From NCBI GenBank assembly GCA_013239625.1, contig MU053652.1, positions 3,102,001-3,166,000 on the forward strand: 64,000 nucleotides of DNA, in the 5' to 3' direction. Each line of letters starts with the position of its first letter. Position 1 is the first letter of the stretch. This document shows, one piece after another, positions 13,001 to 26,090 of the stretch. The notes under the pieces were generated by a model that saw only the letters and a program-made list of their open reading frames with translations, did no database searches and was not told where the DNA came from. This DNA comes from Lama guanicoe (Eukaryota). A program made the position numbers and the translations under genes.

Positions 13001-15220
13001 GAAAGTTCTAATAGCTCTGCAGTCTGGCCAGCACTTGATATTGTCTGCTTTTTTGTGTTTTTGGTTTTTTTAAAATTTTAGTATAGGTATGTAGTGGTAT
13101 CTCTTTGTAGCTTTAATTTGCATTTTCCTAATGACTAAAGATCTCAAACATCTTTTCATGTGTTTTTTTTTTTTTGCCTTCTATATATCTCCTATGATGA
13201 AGGATCTGTTCATATTTTGTGCCCATTTTTAATAATTTGGTTGTATATTTTCTTATTAATGAGTTTTGAGAGATCTTTCTGTATTCTGGATACAAGTCCT
13301 TTATCAGATGTTTCACAGGTAATTTCTCACAGTCTTTGCCTTGTTTTTTCATTTTCTTAGTCTTTCAAAGAGCAGATGTTTTAATTTTGATGAGGTAGAG
13401 TTCATCAGTTTTTTTCTATTAGAGGTTGTGCTTTTGATGTGTATTGTAGAAATCTTTGCCTAACCCAGAGTCACAAAGATTTTCTCCTATGCTTTTTACC
13501 CTAGGCATTTTGTAGTTTTTGTGTCTTAAAATTACTTTATGATCCATTTTGAGTTTATTTTTGTACATGATATAAAGTGAAGATTGAATTTCTTTTCATC
13601 TCCTTCCTCTTCTTTCACCATCTCCTCCTTTTCCTCCTACTTTATTTTCTTAACATTTTCTACTGGAATAATTGGGTATCAATATGGAGGGAGGAGGAAA
13701 GGGAAGAAATGATGACTGAGCTATGCTGACACATTGGAACATTCTGTTTCGTTTCATTGATCTGTCTGTCTGTTCTTATTCTGATATGACATTGTCTTGA
13801 TTACTATAGCTTTATAGTTAGTTTTTATCAAGTAGTGCATGTTTGCCAATTTTATTATTTTTTTCTTTTTCAAAATTGTTTTGACTCTTCTAGGGTCTTT
13901 GCATTCCTTTATGTATTTTAAAATCAGCTTGTCCATTTCTACAAAAGCTGCTGGGATTTGATGGTGATTGCACTGACTTTAAATCAATTTGAGGAGAATT
14001 GACATTGTAACATTAATTAGTTTTCTGCTTAACAAATATGGTATATATCTCCATTTATTCAGGTTTCTAGTATCTGTCAGCAGTGTTTTAGCTTTCAGCA
14101 TACAGGTCTTATACATATTTTGTGAAATTTATCCCTAAGGTAGTTAATATTTTTATACTATTGTATTTGTATTGTTTGTAGGTAGAAATTAAATTGATTT
14201 TTGTATATTGACTTGTGTTCTGTGATCTTGTTCAATTTATTTATTAGTTCTAGGAGTATTTCTGGAGATTCCTTAGGATTTACATTTTCCTTTCCAATCT
14301 GTATGCTTTTCACTTGTTCATCTTACCTTACTGTCTTCTTGCACTATTATACAGTGTGAATAGAAGTGATGGAAGAGGACATCCTTGCTTTGTTCCTGAT
14401 CTTAGAGGGAAGGTATTTAATCTTTCACCATTAATTATGATGTTAGCTCTAAGTTTTCCATAGGTGACCTTTATTAGGTTGAGGAAGTTCCTTTCTATTC
14501 TAGTTTGCTGGGAGATTTTTTAAAAATGGGTATTCAATTTTGTCAGATACTTTTTCTGTGTCCATTGGATTATCATGGTTTTTGCTTTTTAGTATGTTAA
14601 TATAGTGAGATGCATTTATTTTCCTGGAAAATATAAAATCTTTGTTTTCATTTGTTAAAATTTGTTAAGGATTTTTGAGTGTGTGGTCATGAAGTATATT
14701 GATCTATAGTTTTTTCTTGTATTTTTGTTTGGGTTTTGTATTTGGATAATGCTGGCTTTGTAAAATGAATTGAAAAGTGTTTCTTCCTCTTCTGCTTTCT
14801 GGAAAATTTTTTGTAGAATCATTATTCATTTTTCCCGAAATGTTTGGATAGAATTTACTTTTGAAACCATCTTCTTTGTAGGAACGTTTTTGATGATTAA
14901 CTACTTCAAAAAGAAATAGATATGGTGCTATTCAGATCATGTGTCTTTTTAAGTGATCTCTGGTAGTTTGTGTCTTTCAAGGAATTTGTTCATTTCATTT
15001 AAATTGTTGAACTTCATTGGCATAAAACTGTTCATAATATTTCCTTATTCCTTTAATGTTTGTAGGATCATTAGTGATGTCTCTTTTTTCATTTTGGTAT
15101 TAGTAAATTGTTTCTTCTCTCTTTTATTCCTGGGAAGTTTATCTAAAGGTTTATAAGTGTAATCTCTTCACAGAACTAGCTTTTTGTTTATTGATTTTTA
15201 TCTGTTGTTTTTCTCTTTTA
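10060..15220 (-). mobile_element. Cluster of nested old antisense L1 fragments (3' UTR and ORF2 3' half)
   Basis: Repeated L1 reverse motifs (ggaattgctgggtcatatg, ttttaatttgcattttccctaatgact); minus-strand ORF remnant MDKLILKYIKECKDPRRVKTILKKK. Confidence 0.85.
11078..12001 (+). mobile_element. Younger 5'-truncated sense L1 inserted into an antisense L1
   Basis: ORF2 C-terminus (agagaaatgcaaatcaaaactacaatgaggtatcacctcacaccagtcagaatggcc), G-rich 3' UTR, AATAAA and A-rich tail; splits the host motif ttatccattcac|aagttaatggatatttggg. Confidence 0.9.
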
Positions 15221-15653
15221 ACCTGTGCATGTAATTGTAGGAAAAAATGCTAAAAAATCAATCCAGAAGAAGGAAAAAGAAACACAGATCAAGCAGGACA
15301 AACATAAATTGTATAATAAGATGGCAGATTTAGACCCTGATATAGCATTATCACATTAAATGTAAATGAAGAGCACAGAGAATATTTTCAAAAATTGACT
15401 AATACTGAGCCACAAAACAAGACATTACAAATTTCAAGTGAATGAAATTGAATTAACTCGTGCTCTCTAAACTGGATTAGTGTTAGAAATAAATAATAAA
15501 AGAGTAACTAGATAATTCACCGTATGTTTTGATATTAAGAATACATTTCTGTTCTGTTTCCAGCCATAATGAATATTTACCCTTCTGCCATAAATACCTA
15601 GAAAATAATATATATAAATGTACATAAATATATATACACATTGTGTATATAGA

Positions 15654-15656
<3 letters not shown>

Positions 15657-15694
<38 letters not shown>
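15657..15694. repeat. (TA)n microsatellite
   Basis: Read directly. Confidence 0.97.
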
Positions 15695-15695
<1 letters not shown>

Positions 15696-16538
15696 CACAG
15701 TTGTTTTCAGACTTAATTAGATTAATAGACACTCTGGGACTGTGATATGAAGAAAAAGAAAAACAAAGTGAGCCCTGAGATTGTACCAGCTCATTGCCCA
15801 GAGGCACGTTATAGTTCTCAGGTCAGGGAGAGAATACTGAAAGGAGCCTAACCATCTCTTTGAGTTGAAAAAACAGAAGGAATTTGGGGAAACCATGAAA
15901 GCTCAAATTTGTGGGGCAGAGTACTGGAGAGGAAGGAGGTGGAGGGAGAGGGAAAAAGGGAGGAAAGAAAGAAAAGAGATAGTTCCCAGCCATCTGCTCA
16001 GGGTCTGCCCTTGAATCTTTAGATTAAAAACTGATCTGTGCATGTGTAAAAGGAAAGCTACCTGAGGCCAAAGAAAAAAATCACCAGGACACAGTGCTAA
16101 AAATAGTTCACATTTCCACCAGTGAGAGTGGGAAGACCTTGTCATCTGGTATAGTTCTCAGAAAGGTACTCCTCAGTAATGGGAATACATTAGCCTTAAA
16201 GACTTAAAAAAGCATGACAGAGTAAACTTTTATAACATTGTGTTAAAGAATACAACAAAATCCAGCTCCTAACAACATAAACTTTGTAATGTACAGCATC
16301 CAATAAAAAGTTATCAGGTATGCAGAGAAGCGGGAAAGTATTATCCATACCAGGAGAAAAATGGATCGACAGACATGAACCTAGAAATGATGAAGATGAT
16401 GGAATTAGCGGACAATGACATTAAAACCACTATTATTAATATGGTCTGTATGCTTAACAATGTATAGAAAGACAACAAGAATGAGGAACAAGATAGAAGA
16501 CATCCAGAGAGACTCAGATGCATTCTCCATAAAGGAAA

Positions 16539-16548
16539 GTGTGTGTTT

Positions 16549-16587
<39 letters not shown>

Positions 16588-16599
16588 AAATATTAAAAG

Positions 16600-16642
<43 letters not shown>

Positions 16643-16648
16643 TATATA
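16539..16648. repeat. Compound (TG)n/(TA)n microsatellite
   Basis: Read directly. Confidence 0.95.
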
Positions 16649-16879
16649 AAATAATAAGAAATACACTGTGTGGGGTTATAGCAGATATAGAGACTACAGG
16701 GAAAAAACAGTCAGTGTACTTGAAGACAGACAGAAAACTGTCCAAAATGAAATGAAGAGAGAAAAAAGACGATAAAAGTGAACAGAGCATCAGTAACATA
16801 TGTGATAATAGTCTGGCAGTTCTTTTAGTGGTTATCCTAAAAGTCACAACAAAGATTTTTGACTTAGCAAAATCTAAGA

Positions 16880-17357
16880 CAGATCTTCCTCTGAGAAACC
16901 CATCCTAAGTTGTCCTGATAAAAACCCACTGTGAGTTGAAAATATGGTAAGTCAAAAAAGCATTTCATATACCTAGCCTACTAAACATCTTAGTGTAGCC
17001 TAACCTACCTTCAGTGTGCTCAGAACACTTACATTAGCCTATAATTGGGTACAGTCATCTAACACAAAGCCTATTTTACAATAAATGTATTGAATACTTT
17101 ATTGAAAGTGAAAAACAGTGGTTGTATGAGTACAGAATGTTTGTAAGTGTACTGGTTGTTTACCCTTGTGATGCCATGGCTGACTGGGAGCTGCAGCTGG
17201 GTAGGTGCTGCAGCCCAGCAGCATGAGACAGCATTGTACAGCACATCACTAGCTGGGGAGAAGATCAAAATTAAAAATCCAAAGTACAGTTTTGACTGAA
17301 CACTCATCACTTTTGCACCATTGTAAAGTCAAAAAATTGTAAGTTGGGGACCATCTG
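16880..17357. mobile_element. Tigger5/MER47-like TcMar element
   Basis: Begins cagatcttcctc and ends ggggaccatctg|ta; internal cctaacctacctt...gtgctcagaacacttacattagcct typical of the family. Confidence 0.75.
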
Positions 17358-17489
17358 TATTCTGTATGTGTAAACACACACACGTAGATGCATGAACATT
17401 TACATATACATAGATATTTATATACCAGACATCATTTTTGTGGGATTTTTGTTACTCATTGAGATTTACCCATGTCTTTACCACTTTTT

Positions 17490-19040
17490 AAAAAAGACTT
17501 TGTTTTTTAGGTAAGTTTTAGGTTCACTGCAAAATTAGAAGGAAAGTACGGAGATTTTCCCCATATGTGCACAGATGACCCCATTATCAACATCTCCCGC
17601 CAGAGTAATACGTTTGCTACAATTCATGAACCTACACTGACACATCATAATCACTCAGAGTCCATAGTTTACACTGGTGTTCACTCTTGGTGGTGTACGT
17701 TCTATGGGTTTAGACAAATGTGTAATGACATATAGCCATCATTAAAATTAAAATTATTTTCACTGCCCTAAAAATCCTCTGTGCTCTGCTTATTTTTCCT
17801 TGATTCCTCCCCCTTCCCAACACCTGCCAACCATGGCTCTTTTTATGGTCTCCATAGTTTTGTTTTTTCCAGAGTGTCATGTAGTTGGAACCATACAGCA
17901 TGTACCCTTTTCATATTGGCTTCTTTCACTTAGTGATATGCATTAGTTTCCTGCATGTTTTTTCATGGCTTGATAGCACTGAATAATATTCTATTGCCTG
18001 GATGTTCCATAGTTTATCTCTTTACCTACTAAAGGACATCTTGGTTGCATCCAAATTTGACAATTATGAATAAAACTACTATAAATATTTGCAGGTTTTT
18101 GTGTGAATGTAAGTTTTCAGCTCCTTTGGGTAAATATCAGAGGGCACAATTGCTGGATCATATGTTAAGAATATGTTTGGTTTTATAAGAAACCTCCAAA
18201 CTATCTTCCAAAGAGGCTGTACCATTTTTATTCCCACCACCAAAGAGATCCTGTTGCTCTGCATCCCTGTCAGAATTTGGTGGTGTTAGGGTTCCCGATT
18301 TTGACCATCCTATTGGGGGAGTAGTGGTTGTTTTATTGTTTTAATTTGCCTTTCCCTGATAACATATAATGTGGAGCATCTTTTCATATACTTATTTACC
18401 ATCTGTTGATCTTCTTAAGTGATGTATCTGTTAAGGTTTTTGGCCCATTTTAAAGTTAGGTTGTTTTTCTTATTTTTGACTTTTAAGAAGGTTGGGTTTT
18501 TTGTTTGTTTGTTTTGGTATACTTTGGATAACAGTCCTTTCTCAGATATGTGTTCTGCAAATATTTTTTCCCAGTCTGTGTTGTTTTCTCATCCTCCTGA
18601 CATTGTCTTTTGCAGAGGAGAAGTTTTTAAATTTAATAAAGTTTGACTTGCCAAGTATTCTTTCATGGATTGTGCCTTTGGCTTTGTATCTAAAAAGTCA
18701 TCACCAGACATAACCAAGGTCATCTAGCTTTTCTCCTGTGTTTTCTACTAGGAGTCTTACAGTTTTGCATTTTACATTTAAGTCTATGACTGATTTTGAG
18801 TTAATTTTTGTGAAAGGTATAAGGCCTGCGTCTAGATTCAGTTTTTGACATGTGGATGCCCAGTTGTTCCAGCACCATTTTTTGGAGAGACAATCTTTGA
18901 TCCATTGCATTGCCTTTGCTCCTTTGTCAAAGATCAGTTGACTATATTTATGTGAGTTTATTTCTGGGTTGTCTTTTCTGTTCCACTAATCAATTTGTCT
19001 TTTCTTTTGCCAATAACCACATTGTCTTGTTACTGTTTAC
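17490..19040 (-). mobile_element. Antisense L1 (3' UTR + ORF2 3' region)
   Basis: Minus ORF remnant WIKDCLSKKWCWNNWASTCQKLNLD...PFTKINSK, typical of L1 ORF2. Confidence 0.88.
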
Positions 19041-20128
19041 CACTTTTTTTTAAACTCTTCATTCTTTGTTGTATTTATGGGTTATTATCTAGAATAATTT
19101 TCCCTATGCCTAAAGAATGTACCTTTTAAAATTCTATGCTTCCTAGACTTCAGATACTTTATCCTGTGCAAGACCCTGGACTTGTACTTCTGTCACTATG
19201 AGTTTATTTTTCCATTCTTGGCATCTGTGAATTTCCCTTTATTTTGCCCTTGGCTACATATTTAAATTTTTGTTCTATTTTATTCAGCTTTTTTTGTGTG
19301 TCTATTTACGCAGTATGTTTTAATTGTAACAAACACATTTTTGCCTACATTTTGTATTGTCACTCTTAAATTTTAGCCATTTTGGTGGGTGTGAGGTGGT
19401 ATCTGAAGTGTGGTTTTAATTTGTTATTTCCCCAGTGACTAACAGTGATGAGCCCCCGTTTTTTGTCCTTTAGCTTAATTTTTTGTATCTCTAGTTTTAT
19501 TCTAATTCACAGTAGATTTTTGTTTGGGGAAGAAGTGTAAATTTTCTTTAGCTCTAAAGTTTTGATTCTTTCATTTTTGCTTTCTTCTCATAGTAGCTTC
19601 AAATGGGTGTGATCTGCCACATTCATCTGCCCCATGCTGGCTTTCTCTTCCTGGGGTGATTGTTTTCTGTGTTTAATTACCATGAGAATCTTTAGTGGGC
19701 TCAGTAGTCTCCACCAGATCCTTTCTGCAGCTTGGGTTCTGGAGCTGGGTCTGATGTATTTGACTTTCACTACTTAAAAGAAAGTTAAAGTTACTTGGTA
19801 GAGAATGAGGCTAGACAGGCTAGAGGAACCACTGCTTCTAGCATTGAATATGAATGTGTATGACTGAAATCAGGGATCCAGGCGAGGAGGCAGGGTAGGT
19901 GAAACTCTTATTATTGTTAAACACTTATTTTGGATCCAGATAGCCATCTAGAAATCTTGATAATTGAAAATGGAAGTTGGTTATATAGCCACAAATACCT
20001 TAAGGGAAAATATGCTGAGCTGAGGATAACAGAGTCTGCAGGTTTCTGTGTATGTTTTTAAAGAATTTAAAAAAATATGTTTTCCAAGACAAGCCTTAAC
20101 CTGTTGCCTTTTGTAAATAATTTTTCAG

Positions 20129-20208
20129 CAAACATTGAGACGAATGTGCTACCTTACCATCAAAGAAATGGCCAACATCTCTGAGGATGTGATAATTGTT
20201 ACAAGCAG
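20129..20208 (+). CDS. COPG2: COPG2 exon 5
   Basis: tcag| [26 protein letters not shown](S) |gtatgt; 80 nt. Confidence 0.97.
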
Positions 20209-20612
20209 GTATGTGAATAATTAAAACCTAGGATGACATACTTACATATTTAGTAGAATATTTTGTTGTTCTCTTTCTGTTAATTTTATTTTTTGACTGT
20301 AAGAAAGCCAATAGAAATTTAAAAGAATATAATGTCTTAAAGCATTCTTTTCTAAAATGTGGTTGTCATCATGTGAAAACCATCTCTGTCTAATAAAACA
20401 AAGAAAAAAGTCACAGAGGATAATACTAATAGATTTGATTATGTTTTAAAATGTACATAAACCTTTATAAACAAAACTAAGAAGTAAATGATACAGTGAA
20501 ACATTTATAACAAGTATATCAAAAGACTAGCATCTGTAATATATAAAGATCTCTTATACTTCAAAAATATTCTCAGCAATAATTTATAAAATAATCAATA
20601 TAAAGGATCTAA

Positions 20613-20771
20613 ATTTTTTTTTGTTTTTTGTTTGTTTTTCTAATTTTTTTTTTCCTTTCCTGGGGGGAAGGTAATTAGACTTATTTATTGTTTAGAAGAG
20701 GTACTGGGGATTGAACCTAGGACCTCATGCATGCTAAGCATGTGCTTTACCACTTGAGCTATCCCCTCCCC
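20613..20771 (-). mobile_element. tRNA-Ala-derived SINE (camelid vic-1 type) with A-rich tail
   Basis: Reverse strand reads ggggaggggatagctcaagtggtaaagcacatgcttagcatgcatgaggtcctaggttcaatccccagtacctc...ctaattacc; paralogous to 53557-53698. Confidence 0.88.
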
Positions 20772-20859
20772 TGTAAATATCTTTAAATAGTCATTCTCAC
20801 CAGTAACCAAAAAAAGGAAATTAAAAATTCAAGCTTGAGTTTTTTGTTTTTGTGTTTTT

Positions 20860-21680
20860 AAATTTCAATTTATTTAAACTAAAAAAATCCCCAAACAGCT
20901 CACCCATTTCTCCCACCATCCCTCTCCCATCCCCACCCCTGGCAACCACTGATCTGTTCTCTGTATCTATGAGCTTGGTTTATATATATATATATATTTT
21001 TTTTTTACTTAGACTCCACATATAAGAAAGGTCACATGGTATTTGTCTTATTTATTTCACTTACTTCACTTACATAATGCCCTCAAGGTCCATCCATGTT
21101 GTCACAAGTGGCAAAATTTCATTCTTTTTTATGACCGAATAATATTCCACTGTATATATGTACCACAGTTTTCTTTATCCGTTCATCTATTGATGGACAC
21201 TTAGATTGTTTCCATATCTTGGCTACTGTAAATAATGCTGTGATGAACATGGAGATGCATATATCTTTTTGAATTAATGGGTTTTTTTTTAATTCCGCTA
21301 AATACCCAGAAATGGAACTGCTGGATAATATAGTAGTTTTATTGTAATTTGTTGAGGAACTTCCATACTGTTTTTCCGTAGTGGCTGTAGCAATTTACAT
21401 TCCTACCAGCAGTGCACAAGGGTTCCCTTTTCTTCACACCCTTGACAACACTTGCTCTTTCTAGTGTTTTTGATAATAGCCATTCTGACAGGTGTGAGGT
21501 GATGTCTCATTGTAGTTTTGATTTGCATTTTCCTGAAGATTAATGATGTAGAGCATCTTTTCATGTGCTTGTTGGACATCTGTATGTTTTCTTTGGAAAA
21601 ATGTCTATTCAGATCTGCCCATTTTAAATCAGATTTTTTTTCTGTTGAGTTGTATGAGTTCTTTATAGATTTTGGAAAAT
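20860..21680 (-). mobile_element. Antisense L1 3' end
   Basis: ctggcaaccactgatctgttctctgtatctatgag...tttttgataatagccattctgacaggtgtgagg. Confidence 0.88.
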
Positions 21681-21689
21681 TATAATATT

Positions 21690-22300
21690 TTTACCCATCA
21701 AATTGGCCAAAAAGGGAAAAAAGGCAGTTAGCACTTGTAAGGGATATTGACATTCTTGTATACAGGAGGTAGAATAATAAATTGTTCAATTTTTTTAGAA
21801 AGCAGTTTAGCAGCATTTGTTGAATATGTGAAATGATATATCCCTTTGACCCAGTAATCCCACATCTATGGAATTATCCTCAGAAAACAGAGATGGCACA
21901 GAAAAACTTATATACAGTGATGTTCCTTGCAACACTGTTTACACTAGCAAGAAGGACAAACAACTTAAATGTCTACCATTGTTAAAAATTATTTAATTAA
22001 CCATGTTATAATCATATTATGAAATATTTTAATTTTTGAATATATTTTTGAAACATCTTTAATGATATGGAAAATTCCTCAATAAAGTGCTGAATTGCAT
22101 TCAAGTGCTGAGTTGGATTCAAGTCTATGTATTTCCTATATAGTCTCACTTTTAAAAATATTATATCTATGTTTATAAAAATATATGGCTGGGAATGCAT
22201 TGATATATTACCAGCAGATAATCTCTGGATGTTTGGAATTGTGGCTATTTATTTTCTTTAAACTTTTGATAATTTCCAAGTGTATAATCTAGGGTTTTAA
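21690..22300 (+). mobile_element. Old sense L1 3' remnant
   Basis: atccctttgacccagtaatcccacatcta; caacttaaatgtct motifs. Confidence 0.6.
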
Positions 22301-23019
22301 GATATATAACAAATGTTATTTTAAAAGTAGTTAATAGTTATTAATTGTAACTCACTTAGGTGAATCTGGTTTTTGTAGAGCAAAACAAATTTTGGAGGAG
22401 GATACTTGTGTTAAACCAGCAGTTGTGTTGAATATAGTTTCAATTAATATGGCTTTCAGCTGAAAATAACAGAAAGCCAGATGTAAATAGTAGCAAAATA
22501 GGCAGAGTAGTTGGTGTTGATACCCAGTTCAACAGTGTCAGGACTGGTGTCCCTTGAATTCTTTTGGACATCTTCACAATATTGCAAAATAGATGCCTGA
22601 ATTACTGGGAAGGCACTATTCAAGGTGGGAGGGGTACCAGGTAGGAGGCCAGAAAGCCAGCACCATCTGCCTCTTCTTTCAGGTATGCAATAGCTTTTCC
22701 CAAAGCAATTTTTAGATTCCATTTGGCACAACTGTGTTATGACTAACCTTAGGAGACCAGGAAGGTGAGTATTTAGCTTTTATAGCCCAAAGGCAGGCTA
22801 GGGAAAAGAGGGTTGAAAATGGGTATTAGATTAGTCAGCTACCAGTGTATGGCGCAAGTAGGAAACAAAAAATGTTCAGTTAGATTGCTAGATTCACTAA
22901 AATATTGGAAAAATTAAATATAGGTTAACCAACTATTGATTGAGGGTTTTTTGTTTTTTTGTTTAGCTGTTAATACTTCCCTTGAGTCCTGTTAGGCCAC
23001 CTTGAATTACAGTTAATTT

Positions 23020-25190
23020 AAAGTTGCTAATCAGTAGACAGGGAGAGAATCCTGGATTATCCAGATGGGTCCAATATAAGGATAAGGATCCTTAAAATCG
23101 GAAGAGGGAGGCAGAAGAAGGTCAATAAATAGATGTAACAGTGGAAGCATGGTCAGAGAGATGCAACGCTGCTGGATTTGGAGCTGGAGGAAAGGGGCTA
23201 TGAGCCAAAGAATATGAGTGACCTCTAAAAGCTGGGAAAGTCAAGGAAATGGATTCACCTCTGCAGCCTCCAGAAAGGAGTGCAGTCCTGCTGACACCTT
23301 GGTTTTAGCGCAGTGAGATCTGTGTTGGACTTCTAACAGAAATGTAAGACAAATAAGTAAATGCATGTAGTCTTAGCCTCTTAAGTTTCTGGCACTTTGT
23401 TACAGCATCAATAGAAAAGTAATAGATTTTGTAGTATGTAACTGTATCAGATCAACACTTTGTACATGCTAAACTTACACTGTATTATTTGCCAGTTATA
23501 TCTCAAAGCTGGAAAAACAAAAAACAAAACACAACTTTGGTACCTGGAAGTGGAGTGTGCTGTAACAAGTACCTAAAAGTGTGGAAGTGGCTTTGTAATT
23601 GGGCAATGAGCTGGAGAAGTTTGGGGCAGCATGGTGAAAAAAGCCTACACCGCCTTGAACAAGCTGTCAGTAGACATATGGGTGTTAAAGCCTCTGCTAA
23701 ACTCAGAAGGAAGTCAGTGAGTCTCTGCTCACTATAGAGAGTACTCAAGTCATTGTGGACAGACTGTTGATAGAAAATATGGACATTAAAGGTGCTGCTG
23801 ATGCGGGTTTAGAAGAAAATGAAGACAATCTTTGAAAATTGAGGAAAGAGGATCCTTGTTATACTGTGGCAGAAAGTTTTGTGGCATCGTGTCCTGCATT
23901 TATGTGAAAAGCAGGACACGTAAGCGATGAACTTAGATATTTAACTGAGATTTCCAAGCAGAGTGTTGAGGTGTGGCCTGGTTCTTTTTGCCACTTACAG
24001 TAAAATTTGAGAGTAGAGTAATAAATAGAGGAGAGACTTGTTAACAAGAACCAGAAGTTCTTTATAAATACCGAATCATTATGTTGTACACCTGAAAGTA
24101 ATAACAATGTTATTTACACCTCAAAAGCACAGCAAAACAATAAACCAGGAGTTCTTGATTTTGGAAATTCTCAGCCTACCAAAATGGCAAAGATGCTAAA
24201 ATCAAGAGATATGTGTTAGGAGAGTGTGCTCCAGAGAAAAAGTCAGAGTTACTCTATAGCCTTTTGTAAAACCTCAGAAAGATTAAAAGGTCAGAGTATT
24301 CACTCACACAAAACACTCTGAAGAGATCAAGGGTGTGACTCACAGATTCCCTCAGCTCTAAGCAGAAGCCAAAAATAGAGGTGGGTTATCTAGGCAAAAT
24401 CTGTGGAGGAGCCTCTTGTCTAATGGAGTGAGTCTCTGTATGTACTGGTAGTCTTACAAGGCTGAGAATCTTATATCAGCAGAAATTCTGCCCGCTTGGA
24501 CTGAAAGGGACTGAGAAAGGACAAAGTGAAAGAAGGCTGTCAGAGCCCCAAAATTCTCCAGGCTGGAGACAGGCTGATGAGAATGCTCAGCTTTAAACAC
24601 ATGTTGCCCTTTATAAAGAAGAAAGATGGCTCAGAGGGCAGAGGCGCAGACCTGTAGGGTGGAGCTGAGAACTATAAAGAATTCTGCCTTGGACTTGGGA
24701 GCTCTTCCAGCTTGCTTGGCTGGATTTCAAAATTACTTGGGACCAGTAACTTTTTTTCCTTCCACTTTCTCTATTTGAACAGGAATGTCTATACCTGTTA
24801 CCCTGTGGCAGTCCCACCCTTGTATTTCGGAGCAGAGAACTTATTTTCTAGTTTTATGTGCCCACAGGTGGAGAGGAATTTTGCCTTAGAATAGGTTTCA
24901 CCCAGTCTCACCCATACCTAATTTAGATGATTTTGTTGATATGATTGGGACTCTTGAGTTGGGTGAGATTTAAATGAGACTTTGGACTTTGAGTTGACGC
25001 TGTTAAATGTTTGGGGGGATCTTGGGGTGGGGGTGAAGATATTTTGCCTATGAGATGGATGTAGCCCTACTGACATGATTATTTTAGCTCAGTGAGATCT
25101 AAGTTGGAATTTTAACCCACAGAACTGTAAGATAATATGTTTTTGTTGTTTTAAGCCACTACTTGTGGTCACTTATATGTTAGATAACTA
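23020..25190 (+). mobile_element. MaLR (MLT1D-like) provirus remnant: LTR (~23020-23424), internal region, partial second LTR (~25060-25190)
   Basis: LTR motifs cctggattatccagatggg, gcctccagaaaggagtgcagtcctgctgacaccttggttttag and tttgttacagca; internal start ggtacctggaagtggagtg...aaaagtgtggaagtggctttg; LTR 3' motif recurs near 25080. Confidence 0.8.
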
Positions 25191-25259
25191 TCTTACATGT
25201 GTCATCATTTGTGTTAGCTTGATAAGAAGCCATGGATATTGAGAAAACCTGAAGGCAGA

Positions 25260-26090
25260 CACTGCAAAAGAATATATACAAATAGCCAATAAGCACATAG
25301 AAATGTTCTTAATATTAATAGTCATCAGGGAAATGCAAATTAAAACCTCAACGAGATACCTTTTCATACCCACCAGAATGGTTAAAATAGCAAAGCCTGA
25401 CTGAACCAAAATCAACAAGGCTGCTCTAATACCAAGTATATGGAACAGTTGAAACTTGTATCCATTGTAGGTGGCAATGTGGAATGGTACAACCGCCTCA
25501 GGAGAAGTTCAGCAATGTCTTACGAAGTTAAACATACACCTATCCTGTGGCCAGTGATTTCACTATTAGGTATTTACTCAATAAAATGAATAAATTTGAC
25601 CCGCCACCCAAAAAAAGACTGTACAGAAATGTCACAGTAACTTTGTGATAATGCTAAATTAGAAACAACCCAGCAGTTCATCAACAGGAGAATGGATAGA
25701 GGAGCTGTTATATTAATACAGTGAATCACTACTCAGCAATAAAAAGGAACAAATTGCTGATTCAAGCAACAACACAGATACATTCCTAAATCTATATGTT
25801 GGAACAAAAGGAAACAGACGCAAAAGAATACATACTGGATGATTCTATTTAGGTAAATTCTAAGACCAGCCAAAACTCAGTGGTGGTGATAGAAACCAGG
25901 AGTCTGGTAGGTTGGAGGAAGCTGACTCCAAGTGGGCATTAGGGAACTTTCTGAGCTGATGGAAATGTTCAGTATTTTATTTTGGGTAGACGTTACATGA
26001 GTGATCATAATTGCCATCTAACTGAACACCTAAGCTGTGCATTTTAATTATATATAAGTTACAACTTAGTAAATAAACAAAAAGAAAAAC
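25260..26090 (+). mobile_element. Old sense L1 3' end
   Basis: gtcatcagggaaatgcaaattaaaacc; actactcagcaataaaaaggaacaaattgctgat. Confidence 0.8.

Larger units (their letters stand above)
15230..16850 (+). mobile_element. Old sense L1 5'/ORF1-region remnants
   Basis: A-rich L1-like motifs (atcacattaaatgtaaatga; gatggaattagcggacaatgacattaaaac). Confidence 0.55.
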
